In this document: positions 9,735-19,200 of the stretch, one piece after another
Position numbering within the stretch: position 1 is the first letter of the stretch
Layout: every line of letters begins with the position of its first letter
Assembly (NCBI GenBank): GCA_018971945.1
Contig: JAGWZH010000002.1
Location: forward strand, 503-64,502
DNA length: 64,000 bases
Origin: Alphaproteobacteria bacterium
GTDB lineage: Bacteria > Pseudomonadota > Alphaproteobacteria > Caulobacterales > Aquidulcibacteraceae
Direction of reading: 5' to 3'
The notes under the pieces: model-generated
Database searches by the model: none
Seen by the model: only the letters and a program-made list of their open reading frames with translations
What the model was told of the DNA's origin: nothing
Position numbers and translations under genes: made by a program

Positions 9735-10685
9735 TCAGATCCCACCGCCTATATCGGGGGCGTCCGCCGCCGCCGCTTCCCAGCGCAACCAGTCCATGAA
9801 AGCCTTGACCGCCGGCGACAAGGTTCGGCCCCGAGGCCAGATCATGTGATAGCCGTGCGCCAGCGGCAGCCGCCGGCCCTCGCCGAAGGGGAAGACGAGC
9901 CGCCCTGCCGCCACGTCCAGCTCCACAAGCCGTGACCGCGCCAGAATTACCCCTTGCCCGGCCATCGCCGCCTCGATCGCGAGCGCGGCTTGGTTAAAGC
10001 GCAAACCCCGCCGCGCAGCGGAAGTCTCAAGGCCATGTTCGGCGAGCCACACCGCCCATCCCGGGCACGGGTCCGCCTCCAAGGTGTCGTCGTGCAACAG
10101 AGAAGTCCCCAAGAGTTCCGCCGGCTCAGCGAGGGCGAGCAGCCCCGGGACGCAAGCAGGCGCCAATGTCTCGCTGAACAGAAACTCGACATGCCCATCG
10201 ACATAGCCCCCTCGCCCAAAGCGGATCGCAAGATCTGCGTCAGCCAGGGCGAAATCGACGGTCCCAGGCTCTGCTGAGACCCATAAGTCCGTGTCTGGAT
10301 GAGCCCTTTGAAACCGCGCAAGCCGCGGCGCGAGCCATTTCTGCGCAAACGCCGGCGGCGCCGCCACCGCCACGCGCGAGGTCCTGAGCGGCAGCCGCAT
10401 CACCCGCGCCGCCTGTGCTGTTAGCGACATCGCTTCCGACAACAAAGGCCGCGCCGCCGCGCCTGCATCCGTGAGCTCGATCCGCCGCCCCAGCCGTCTG
10501 AACAAAGGCTGTCCCGCATAGGCTTCCAAAGCCTGGATATGCTGGCTCACCGCGGCGGGAGAGACACCCAGCTCCTCCGCCGCCCGGGCGAAGCTCATGT
10601 GCCGCGCCGCGCTCTCAAACGCGCGCAGCGCCGTGAGCGGCGGGCCGCGTTCCTCGGCGAACCGGGGGTCGTCCGCCGCGTTCAA
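9735..10685 (-). CDS. LysR-family transcriptional regulator (GcvA-like)
   Basis: N-terminal HTH LTALRAFESAARHMSFARAAEELGVSPAAVSQHIQALE followed by a LysR substrate-binding domain. TTG start overlaps the stop of the upstream hydratase gene (TTGA). Confidence 0.85.
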   Translation of the reverse strand: MNAADDPRFAEERGPPLTALRAFESAARHMSFARAAEELGVSPAAVSQHIQALEAYAGQPLFRRLGRRIELTDAGAAARPLLSEAMSLTAQAARVMRLPLRTSRVAVAAPPAFAQKWLAPRLARFQRAHPDTDLWVSAEPGTVDFALADADLAIRFGRGGYVDGHVEFLFSETLAPACVPGLLALAEPAELLGTSLLHDDTLEADPCPGWAVWLAEHGLETSAARRGLRFNQAALAIEAAMAGQGVILARSRLVELDVAAGRLVFPFGEGRRLPLAHGYHMIWPRGRTLSPAVKAFMDWLRWEAAAADAPDIGGGI

Positions 10686-11497
10686 GCCGCGCCGTCTCCT
10701 TCGCTGTCCTCGACGGTCTGCGTCCTTCCCCGCGCCATGACGCCCCCACGCGCGGATTCCACAGCTGCAGGCGTCACCTGGGCGTTGAGGGCGGAGGAGG
10801 CGGCGTGCTCGTGCGCCATGCCCGCGCCGAAGGGCAGATGAAAGCCTTCATCAATGATCCGCTTATAGGCGCGCACCGCCTCCGCTGGCGCGGAGGCGAT
10901 CTCTGAGGCGAGCTTGAGCGCCGCAGGAACGAGCGCCTCCGGCGCATAAACCCGGTTGACAAGGCCCCACACGCAGGCGGTCTCAGCGTCGAGAAAATTC
11001 CCCGACAAAGACAATTCCTTCGCCCGCGAAATCCCGATCAGCCGCGACAATTTCTGCGACAGGCCCCAGCCCGGCATAATCCCGACCCTGGCGTGGGTGT
11101 CGGCGAACCGCGCCGAGGAAGAGGCCAAGAGGATGTCGCAGGCCAAAGCGACTTCAAAACCGCCGGTGATCGCCGCCCCATTGATCGCCCCGATCACAGG
11201 CTTGCCGCAGCCTTCGATGGCTTTGACGGGATTATCCGCAGGCTCTGTGGCGTTGGCCGAACCCAAGGCGCTTGGGTCAGAGCCGAGTTCCTTAAGGTCG
11301 AGCCCCGCAGTGAAGGCCTTCCCCGCGCCTGTCAAAACGACCGCCCGCACGCTGTCGTCGGCTGCGAGCCCAAAAAATGTCTCGGCCAGGGACCGGCGCA
11401 GCGCTTTTGACAAAGCGTTCATAGCCTGCGGCCGGTTGAGCGTGACGAGCGCGACCCCTTCTGTCGGCCGGCTTTCCAGAACCAAGCCCTCGCTCAC
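10682..11497 (-). CDS. Enoyl-CoA hydratase/isomerase family protein
   Basis: Crotonase fold motifs: VTLNRPQAMNALS, VLTGAGKAFTAGLDLKE, INGAAITGGFEVALACD. GTG start overlaps the lipoprotein stop (GTGA). Confidence 0.85.
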   Translation of the reverse strand: MSEGLVLESRPTEGVALVTLNRPQAMNALSKALRRSLAETFFGLAADDSVRAVVLTGAGKAFTAGLDLKELGSDPSALGSANATEPADNPVKAIEGCGKPVIGAINGAAITGGFEVALACDILLASSSARFADTHARVGIMPGWGLSQKLSRLIGISRAKELSLSGNFLDAETACVWGLVNRVYAPEALVPAALKLASEIASAPAEAVRAYKRIIDEGFHLPFGAGMAHEHAASSALNAQVTPAAVESARGGVMARGRTQTVEDSEGDGAA

Positions 11498-11880
11498 TGC
11501 GCCGACACCAGATTGCAGGCGCGCTCCATGTCGCTGTCGAGCTGCAGCAAGGCCCCGTCGTCCTTGGCGTGGAAACGCGTCCCCGGTCCCACATAGGCGT
11601 AACCGGAGGCCACCACCGCCGCCTCAAGCTGTCGGGTCTCCTCGCGGTCTTCTATCGCGAGCCGCGCTGAGCGGGCTTCGATGTCTTGGTTGAGGGTGAA
11701 CCGCAACCCGTCGGTGCACGCATAGCGCAGAACGGTCGGCGGCGTGATCGCAAGACTGCCCGAGCTGTCGGCCTCCGGCGGCGTCTGCGACGACGCGGGC
11801 CCATCCTCGCCGCCCGCGGGGCTGCAGGATGCGAGCCCCAGAATGAGCAGTCCACAGGCTCCACCCCCCCAACGCCTCAT
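11494..11880 (-). CDS. MliC-like lipoprotein (C-type lysozyme inhibitor fold)
   Basis: Lipobox ILGLASC. The pattern Y.C.DG...ASGYAY...F..KDDGALL......C.L aligns by eye to E. coli MliC (YQCDE...ASGARY...FWSKGDEATV...C). Confidence 0.6.
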   Translation of the reverse strand: MRRWGGGACGLLILGLASCSPAGGEDGPASSQTPPEADSSGSLAITPPTVLRYACTDGLRFTLNQDIEARSARLAIEDREETRQLEAAVVASGYAYVGPGTRFHAKDDGALLQLDSDMERACNLVSAQ

Positions 11881-11892
11881 CGCGGGCCTCCT

Positions 11893-13695
11893 TCAAGCAG
11901 CGCCTTGTTCCGCAAACAGGCGCTTCAAGTCCGGCTTCAAGATTTTGCCGTTGGCGTTGCGCGGCAACGGCTCGTTCATGAACAGGATTTTGACCGGAAC
12001 TTTGAACGCCGCAAGCTTCTGCGCCACATGATGGCGAAGCGCGTCTTCCGTGGCGCCAACCCCCGGTTTCAGCGTCACGACCGCCCCAGGTTCCTCGCCC
12101 AATATCTTGTGGGGGATGCCGACGACGGCGGCGTCCATCACAGCTGGGTGGTCATAGAGCGCGTTCTCGACCTCCACACAATAGATATTCTCCCCGCCCC
12201 GGATGAGCATGTCTTTGGCCCGATCCACGATGAAGAGGAACCCTTCTTCGTCCTGTTTGGCCAAGTCTCCGGTTTTCACCCAACCGTCCGCGAAGGTCTG
12301 CGCCGTGGCTTCGGGTTTGTTCCAATAGCCCCGCACCACGATCGGACCCTTGTACCAAAGCTCGCCCACCTCGCCCCTTGGCAGCTCCGCGCCGTCGGGG
12401 CCAACGATCTTGGCCTCGCCCGACGGGGCGGGATAACCGCAGCTGGCCGGACGCAGCAGATAGTCTTCTGCGAAGTTCGACACCGCCGTGGCTGCGGTCT
12501 CGGTCATCCCCCAACCTTGGCCGGGCGTAACCTTGGGGAACACCTCTTTGATCCGTTTGACGAGCTCCGGGGCTGCGGGCGCGCCGCCATAAGACACGCT
12601 TTCCACAGACGAAAGGTCGTACTCTTTTAGACGGGGGTGCTCGATCACCTGCCAAGCGATGGTCGGCACGCCCCCGAAATGGGTGATTTTCTCCCTCTCC
12701 ATAAGAGGCAGCGCCTCCTCGGTCGCCCAACGCCTCTGCATCACCACTTTCCAGCCCTGCAGCATGGTTGGCGCAAGAATCGCAAAGCAGCCCGTGGCGT
12801 GGAAAAACGGGATCGAGAGCAGAAAGGCCTTCGCCGGCGCCGATGGGTCGGGGGCGGGAGGCTGCTCGCCGCGTCTGAGAAAGGCGCGCGCTTGCCCGGC
12901 GATGGCGTTGAAAATATTGGAGATGATATTTCTGTGTGTGATCACCGCCCCTTTCGGCTTTCCCGTGGTCCCGGACGTATAAAAAATGGTCACGTCGTCA
13001 TCGGGGTGAAGCGGGATTTCGGGAAGCGGCGCGGGGTTGAAGCTTCCCCACGATGCGCTCGTGGCGATGACCCCTTCAAGCCTCGCCGCCCGCGGGTCGG
13101 CGATGTCCTCAGACGAGCGCGAGACATAGACCTTCTTGAGCGCGGGGCACGCATCCACATGTTCGCGGAGCCGCTCCCAGCGCTCCGCGTCGCAAACCGC
13201 GATCACAGCGCCTGAGTCCTGCAGCCCATACTCAAGCTCCGCCCCCGTCCACCAAGCGTTGAGCGGCGTCGCGATCGCCCCGATCAGCACAGTGGCCCAG
13301 AACGCCACGGGCCATTCTGGCAAGTTTCTCATGATGATCGCCACCCGGTCCCCGGGCTTGACGCCGTCCGCGATCAACTGATGGGCGAGCGTGGTGGCCG
13401 CCGCGTGGTGCGCTGCGAAGGTCACCCGCTCGTTGTCGAGCACCAGATGCTCCCTTGCGCCCCACATCCGACCGACCTCGAAGATCTGCCGCAGGGTCGG
13501 CGGGGCGTTCTTCCAGGTTTTCAATTTCACCCCGCGGATCTCTTTCTCTTCGAGCTCCAGCATCGAGCCGGGCGCGGTGATCAGCGCATGGGCCTGCGCC
13601 ACGGGCATGGCGGGAAACCCAGGGGGCAAAGCGGCGGCGTCGGTCACGAGGTGCGTCTCCCTTCGAACTGATAGAGCTTTTGCGAGTGGCGGCAT
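11893..13695 (-). CDS. AMP-dependent acyl-CoA synthetase/ligase
   Basis: AMP-binding motifs IFYTSGTTGKPKGAV, GWGMTET, WVKTGDLA and RAKDMLIRGGENIY. Confidence 0.9.
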   Translation of the reverse strand: MPPLAKALSVRRETHLVTDAAALPPGFPAMPVAQAHALITAPGSMLELEEKEIRGVKLKTWKNAPPTLRQIFEVGRMWGAREHLVLDNERVTFAAHHAAATTLAHQLIADGVKPGDRVAIIMRNLPEWPVAFWATVLIGAIATPLNAWWTGAELEYGLQDSGAVIAVCDAERWERLREHVDACPALKKVYVSRSSEDIADPRAARLEGVIATSASWGSFNPAPLPEIPLHPDDDVTIFYTSGTTGKPKGAVITHRNIISNIFNAIAGQARAFLRRGEQPPAPDPSAPAKAFLLSIPFFHATGCFAILAPTMLQGWKVVMQRRWATEEALPLMEREKITHFGGVPTIAWQVIEHPRLKEYDLSSVESVSYGGAPAAPELVKRIKEVFPKVTPGQGWGMTETAATAVSNFAEDYLLRPASCGYPAPSGEAKIVGPDGAELPRGEVGELWYKGPIVVRGYWNKPEATAQTFADGWVKTGDLAKQDEEGFLFIVDRAKDMLIRGGENIYCVEVENALYDHPAVMDAAVVGIPHKILGEEPGAVVTLKPGVGATEDALRHHVAQKLAAFKVPVKILFMNEPLPRNANGKILKPDLKRLFAEQGAA

Positions 13696-13704
13696 GCGCC
13701 TTCG

Positions 13705-16041
13705 TCAACTTAAATAGAGCGTGGCCGCCGCTTCGACGACGGCGTCCGCGTCAAGGCCATAGGCCCGATAAAGATCCTGCAGGTCCCCGGTCTGTCCGAA
13801 CCGCTCGACCCCGAGCGCCCTGACCCGATGGCCGCGCACCGCGCCGAGCCAGGCGAGCGAGGCCGGCGCACCGTCCGTCAAAGTAACGATCCCGGCCTGC
13901 TTGTGCAGGGGAGCGAGCAGCCGCTCCGCCAGCCCATTCCCCCCGGCGCTGTAGCTGCGATAGAGCAGATCCGGCGAGGTTACAGCCAGAAGTCCCGCGC
14001 CTGGCGCGTCCTCAAGCAATTGGCCAAACGCCTCGAAGGCTTCCGGCGCAAGTGCGCCGGTATAAGCGATCGCGAGATCCGCCCCCGACGCCGGCGGGAC
14101 CGCCCAATAGGCGCCTGCCACACACCCTTCGCGCCAATCGTCTCCTGTCCTCTCAGGCTGCTTGAGGCCGCGTGTGGACAGCCGCAGATAGAGGCTCTCG
14201 CCCTCTGGATCGTGCAGTTGTGCAAACCCGTGCTGCAAGATGGCGGCGACCTCGTCTGCAAAGGCGGGCTCATAGGCTGTAAGGCCCGGCTGGCTCATGC
14301 CGACGAGCGGCGTCCCTATCGACTGGTGCGCCCCGCCTTCTGGCCCAAGAGTCACTCCCGACGGCGTCGCCACGAGCACAAACCGCGCGTCCTGGTAGCA
14401 GGCGTAATTCAGCGCATCCAAACCCCGCGCGATGAACGGGTCATAGAGCGTGCCAACCGGGTAAAGCCGCTCGCCGAACAGCGAGCTGGAGAGCCCCAAA
14501 GCCCCCAGCATCAGGAACAGATTATTCTCCGCAATCCCCAACTCGATATGCTGGCCGGTCTGATTGGACGCCCATACCTGCGGCGAGGCGATCCGCCGCG
14601 CCTTGAACACATCGTCCTGTTGCCGACGGGCGAAGATGCCTCGCCGGTTCACGAACCCCCCAAGATTGGTGGACACGGTCACGTCGGGAGAGGTCGTCAC
14701 CAGCCGATCGGCCAGCGCAGTGTCTCCCTTGGCGAGCTCGTGCATGATCTTACCGAACGCCGCCTGGGTGGAGATTTGCCCGTCCGTAAGCTTCGGGAAA
14801 GCCTCCCAAGCCGGGGTCTCCACCACCCGCGCCGCGAGCCGCCGCTCGCCCTCCGCAGCAAACGGCGCAGCCTTCACCACGGCCTCACAGGCGTGCCGCT
14901 CCCGTTCAGAAAGCCCAGACCACACCTCCCACTCCCCGCCTTCCACGACCCCAAGCTGGGTCCGCACGCCCGCGATCTGCGCCGGCGTCATAAGGCCCGA
15001 ATGGTTGTCCTTGTGCCCCTGGAAGGGGAGGCGATAGCCCTTGATCGTGTAGGCGATGATGAACCGCGGCCGATCGTCCGCCGCGGCGCGGGCATAAGCG
15101 TCGAGCACCGTTTCAAGGCAGTGTCCGCCCAGCGTAGTCATCAGCTTGGCCAGCGCCGCGTCATCCCGCGCTTCCATGAGTTTCGCCATGCCCCGGGCGC
15201 TCCGGAGATCATCGTGCAGCCGGTCCCGCCATGCCGCGCCCCCCTCAAAGGTCAGCGCCGAATAAAGCGCGTTCGGGCAAGCGTCGATCCACTCCTGAAG
15301 AGCAAGACCCCCGGGCTCGCTGAACGCCGCCCGCTGCAAGACCCCGTATTTCAGCGTGTCGACCTGCCAGCCGGCGGTGGCGAAAATGTCGTCATAGCGG
15401 TCAAACATCCGCTCTGGCGTCGTCGCGTCGAGGCTCTGCCGGTTATAATCGACGATCCACCAGGTGTTGCGCACATCGTGCTTCGCGCACTCAATCAGGC
15501 ACTCATAAATATTGCCCTCATCAAGCTCGGCGTCTCCCAACAGCGCGATGAACCGCCCGCGCCGCGCCGGATCAAGCCAGCCGCGCCCGGCAAGATAGTC
15601 CTGCACCAGGCTCGCGAACGCCGTCACCGCCACCCCAAGGCCCACCGAGCCGGTCGAGAAATCGACATCGTCCACGTCTTTGGTCCGCGACGGATAACTC
15701 TGCGCGCCCCCGAAAGCCCGAAAGGCTTTGAGCTTGTCGATCGGCATCCGGCCGAACATGTGCTGGATGGCGTGAAAAACCGGGCTCGCATGCGGTTTCA
15801 CCGCAACCCGATCGAAAGGCCGCAGGGCCTTAAAATAAAGCGCCGTCATGAGCGTGGTCATGCTGGCGCAGCTGGCTTGGTGCCCGCCCACTTTCAGCCC
15901 ATCGCGGCTGTCGCGCAGATGATTGGCGTTGTGGATCGTCCACAACGCAAGCCACAGCGCGCGCTCCTCGATGCGTGCCAAGGACGCAAGGTCGCCTGGC
16001 GCCATCGCCTGCCGGACGGACGCAGCCGCCTTCGTCGCCAT
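13705..16041 (-). CDS. AceE-like (homodimeric pyruvate dehydrogenase E1-type) thiamine-diphosphate enzyme
   Basis: LKVGGHQASCASM, KPHASPVFHA, SYPSR and STGSVGLGV parallel E. coli AceE (LGGHMASFQS, QGHISPGVYA, SYPHP, TVSMGLG). GDAELDEGN is ThDP-binding-like. At 778 aa it is shorter than AceE. SD GGGAGA lies upstream. Confidence 0.75.
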   Translation of the reverse strand: MATKAAASVRQAMAPGDLASLARIEERALWLALWTIHNANHLRDSRDGLKVGGHQASCASMTTLMTALYFKALRPFDRVAVKPHASPVFHAIQHMFGRMPIDKLKAFRAFGGAQSYPSRTKDVDDVDFSTGSVGLGVAVTAFASLVQDYLAGRGWLDPARRGRFIALLGDAELDEGNIYECLIECAKHDVRNTWWIVDYNRQSLDATTPERMFDRYDDIFATAGWQVDTLKYGVLQRAAFSEPGGLALQEWIDACPNALYSALTFEGGAAWRDRLHDDLRSARGMAKLMEARDDAALAKLMTTLGGHCLETVLDAYARAAADDRPRFIIAYTIKGYRLPFQGHKDNHSGLMTPAQIAGVRTQLGVVEGGEWEVWSGLSERERHACEAVVKAAPFAAEGERRLAARVVETPAWEAFPKLTDGQISTQAAFGKIMHELAKGDTALADRLVTTSPDVTVSTNLGGFVNRRGIFARRQQDDVFKARRIASPQVWASNQTGQHIELGIAENNLFLMLGALGLSSSLFGERLYPVGTLYDPFIARGLDALNYACYQDARFVLVATPSGVTLGPEGGAHQSIGTPLVGMSQPGLTAYEPAFADEVAAILQHGFAQLHDPEGESLYLRLSTRGLKQPERTGDDWREGCVAGAYWAVPPASGADLAIAYTGALAPEAFEAFGQLLEDAPGAGLLAVTSPDLLYRSYSAGGNGLAERLLAPLHKQAGIVTLTDGAPASLAWLGAVRGHRVRALGVERFGQTGDLQDLYRAYGLDADAVVEAAATLYLS

Positions 16042-16224
16042 GCGTTTCTCCCTCTCTTCCTTTCCAATCTAGCCGCGCAAGCGCTGGGCCAGAAGCCAGT
16101 CGGGGCCGATTTTTTGATCCGAACGCAGCGCCTGCGACGCCGATCGCTGTTGTGGCTTGACCGCCAGTCAGGCAAGCTTTGGTTAATGCGGAATAGTCCG
16201 AAAAGCCGATAGGGTGGGCCGGCC

Positions 16225-19200
16225 ATGAACAGAAACGTGATCATCGCCGCTGTCGTGGCGCTGTTTGTCGGCCTCTGGAGCGGCATGATTTTGAGCCGAT
16301 CCGCCCTTGGCGTGGACGCCCCGCCTTTGGCTTTCGCCGCGGCCGGCGAGGAGGGCCCCCGCGGTCCGAACGCGCCGCGCGCCGGCGTCCGCCGCGGCGA
16401 AGGCATGGCGTTCCTGCGCCTCAGGCTCGACACCGACGGCGTCAACCCCAAAGCTTGTTTGGAGTTCTCCCAGCCTGTCTCCCGCGACGCGAACCTCGCC
16501 GATTATATCCGGCTTGAACCTGAAGCGTCTTTTGACGTTGAAGCCGCCGACGCCTTGGCGTGCATTGCGGGCCTGCCTTACGCGCCCGACCGTGAGGTCA
16601 CAGTCTTGGCCGGTTTCCCCGCCCAGGACGGCGCTGTGACCGATCGCGAAGAACGCTTCACCTTGGCCTTCGGCGACCGCCCTGCTTATGTCGGCTTCTC
16701 TGGCGACGGCATGATCCTTCCCCGCAACGAGGCGGACGGGATTGGTCTTGAGACCGTCAACGTCGCCCGCCTGGCCATAGAAGTCTGGCGCGTCAATGAC
16801 CGCATTCTGTCTCAAACCGGCCTTGAGGGCGGCGAAACGAGCCAGGAGGGCTCATGGCTTTACTACGACGTCGAAAGCGCCGGCCAAGGATCGGGCGTCC
16901 GCGTCTATGAGGGCGAACTCGATATCGCCGGAAGCCAGAACGAGACCGTCACCACCGTCTTCGCCCTTGGAGCGGCTTTGGGCGCCGTCGATCCCGGAGC
17001 CTATATCGTCAAGGTCCGCGACATAAGCCCTGGCGCGCCCCGCCCCGAAGACGGAGACGCCTCTCCCGCCGCCGCCTATCGCTGGGTGCTTTATACCGAC
17101 CTCGCGCTGCAAAGCTTCCGTGGCGCGCAAGGTTTGGATGTCGTCGTCCGCTCTCTCGAGACCGCCCGCCCCGTCGGCGGCGTCGTCCTGACCCTGATCG
17201 GCGGCGACAATGCCGAACTCGCCCGCGTCCGCACCAGCCGCGAAGGCTTCGCACGCTTCCCCGCGGCCCTGCTCGAAGGCGAGGGCGCCGGCCGCGCCAA
17301 GATGGTCATGGCCTATGGAAGCGAGGGCGATTTTGCGGTCATGGATCTTGATCGCCCCGCCATCGACCTCTCAGAGCGCGGCGTGGACGGTCGCCGTCCG
17401 CCGGGCGACATTGACGCTTTTCTCTACACTGACCGCGGGGTGTACCGCACCGGCGAGCGCGTAAGGCTCGTGGGGCTGATCCGCGACGAGGCGGGCCGCG
17501 CCGTCCAAAACCGCCGCTCAACCCTGGTGATTTATCGCCCCAACGGCGCTGAGTTCGACCGCCGTCGCCTCCGCGAGGCGCAAAGAGCCGGCGCGGTCGC
17601 GCAGAACATCGACATCGCGCGCGGCGCGCAGCGGGGGGTCTGGCGCGCCGTCTTGGAGGTGGATGGCCAAGAAGCGCCGGCCGGGGAAATCGCGTTTTCT
17701 GTCGAAGATTTCGTTCCCCAACGTCTCCGCTTGGCCCTCGCTGGCGAGGAAAGTCCGCTTCTCGCCGGCGAGAGCCGAAGTCTCGCAGTGGACGCCCAGT
17801 TTCTCTATGGCGCTCCAGGCGCGGGCCTGTCGGTGGAAGGCGAAGCCCGCCTGCAAGTCGATCCCACGCCTTTCCAAGGTTTCGACGGCTACCGCTTCGG
17901 CCGCGCGGACGAAACGTTCGCCGAACAATTCATCCTCTTGACCCCGACCGTCACGGATGCAGCCGGTCGGGCCGCCTTGGTCCTTGGTCTTGACGACGCG
18001 CCCGACACAAGCCTGCCTCTGCGCGCCCGGGTTACGGCGACGGTTTCCGACCCCGGAGGCCGCCCTGTCCGCCAAGGCCTCGCCATCCCCGTCCGCTTAA
18101 GCGGGCTCTATCTCGGCGTTCGCCCGCGGTTCGAAAACGATGTCGTCCGTGAGAACGGCGCCGCCGCGTTCGACGTCATAGCCCTGGACCCAGCCGGCGA
18201 CCGCGTGGCCGCGCGCAATGTGCTGTGGCGGCTCGTCGAAGAGGACTGGTCCTATGACTGGTACCTTCAGGACGGCGAGTGGCGCTGGCGGCGCACCGGC
18301 CGCGACATTCCTGTCGATGGCGGGGAAATCGCCGTGGGCGCCGACGCCCCCGCTGTCGTCGGCCGCGATCGCCTCCGCGGCGGCGCCTATCGCCTGACCC
18401 TTACCCAAGAGGCGACGGGCGCTGAAACCTCCTATCGCTTCGGCGCGGGTTGGGGCGGCGCCGCGAGCGACCGCGACACCCCCGACCTCGTCACGGTCGC
18501 CGCCCCGGCCGATCCTGTCCGGCCCGGCCGCAACGCCGTCATCGAGATCCGCCCGCCTTACGCAGGTCAAGCCCAGATCGTCGTCGCCACCGACCGCGTG
18601 CTTGAGACCCGGACCGAGAGCGTCGGCCCAGAAGGCCGAACCATTCGCCTCCGGGTCGACGAGGACTGGGGAGCGGGCGCTTATGTGCTGGTCACGGTGA
18701 TGACCCCTCGCGACCCGGCCAATCTTCCCCAGCCCCGCCGCGCCGTGGGCGTGGGTTACATCGCGGTGGACACGGGCGCGCGCCGGCTCGAAGTGAGCCT
18801 TGACCAGCCCATCGCGCGCACCCAATCGCGTCAGGTCCTGACGGTCCCGGTGAGGGTCGCCAATATCCCCCGCGGCGAAACTGTCCATCTCGCGCTGGCT
18901 GCGGTCGACCAGGGCATTCTGCAGATCACCAATTTCCAGTCGCCCGACCCCGCGGCGTGGTATTTTTCCCGCCGCGCGCTTGGCGTCGATCTGCGCGATG
19001 ATTACGGTCGCCTCCTTAACCCCAATCTGGGAGCGCCTGCTTTGGCCCGCTCGGGTGGGGACTCCCTTGGGGGGGAGGGGCTGACCACCGTGCCCCAGCG
19101 GACCGTGGCGCTTTTCTCCGATGTGGTGGAGGTCGGTCGGGACGGCCGCGTCGACATTCCGCTGACCCTGCCGGACTTCAACGGCGAGCTGCGTTTGATG

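Noticed and set aside
13828-16212. 794-aa ORF on the plus strand.
   Set aside because: It is antisense to the AceE-like gene. The composition is low-complexity and Arg/Pro-rich. It has no recognisable domain and would span the divergent promoter region.
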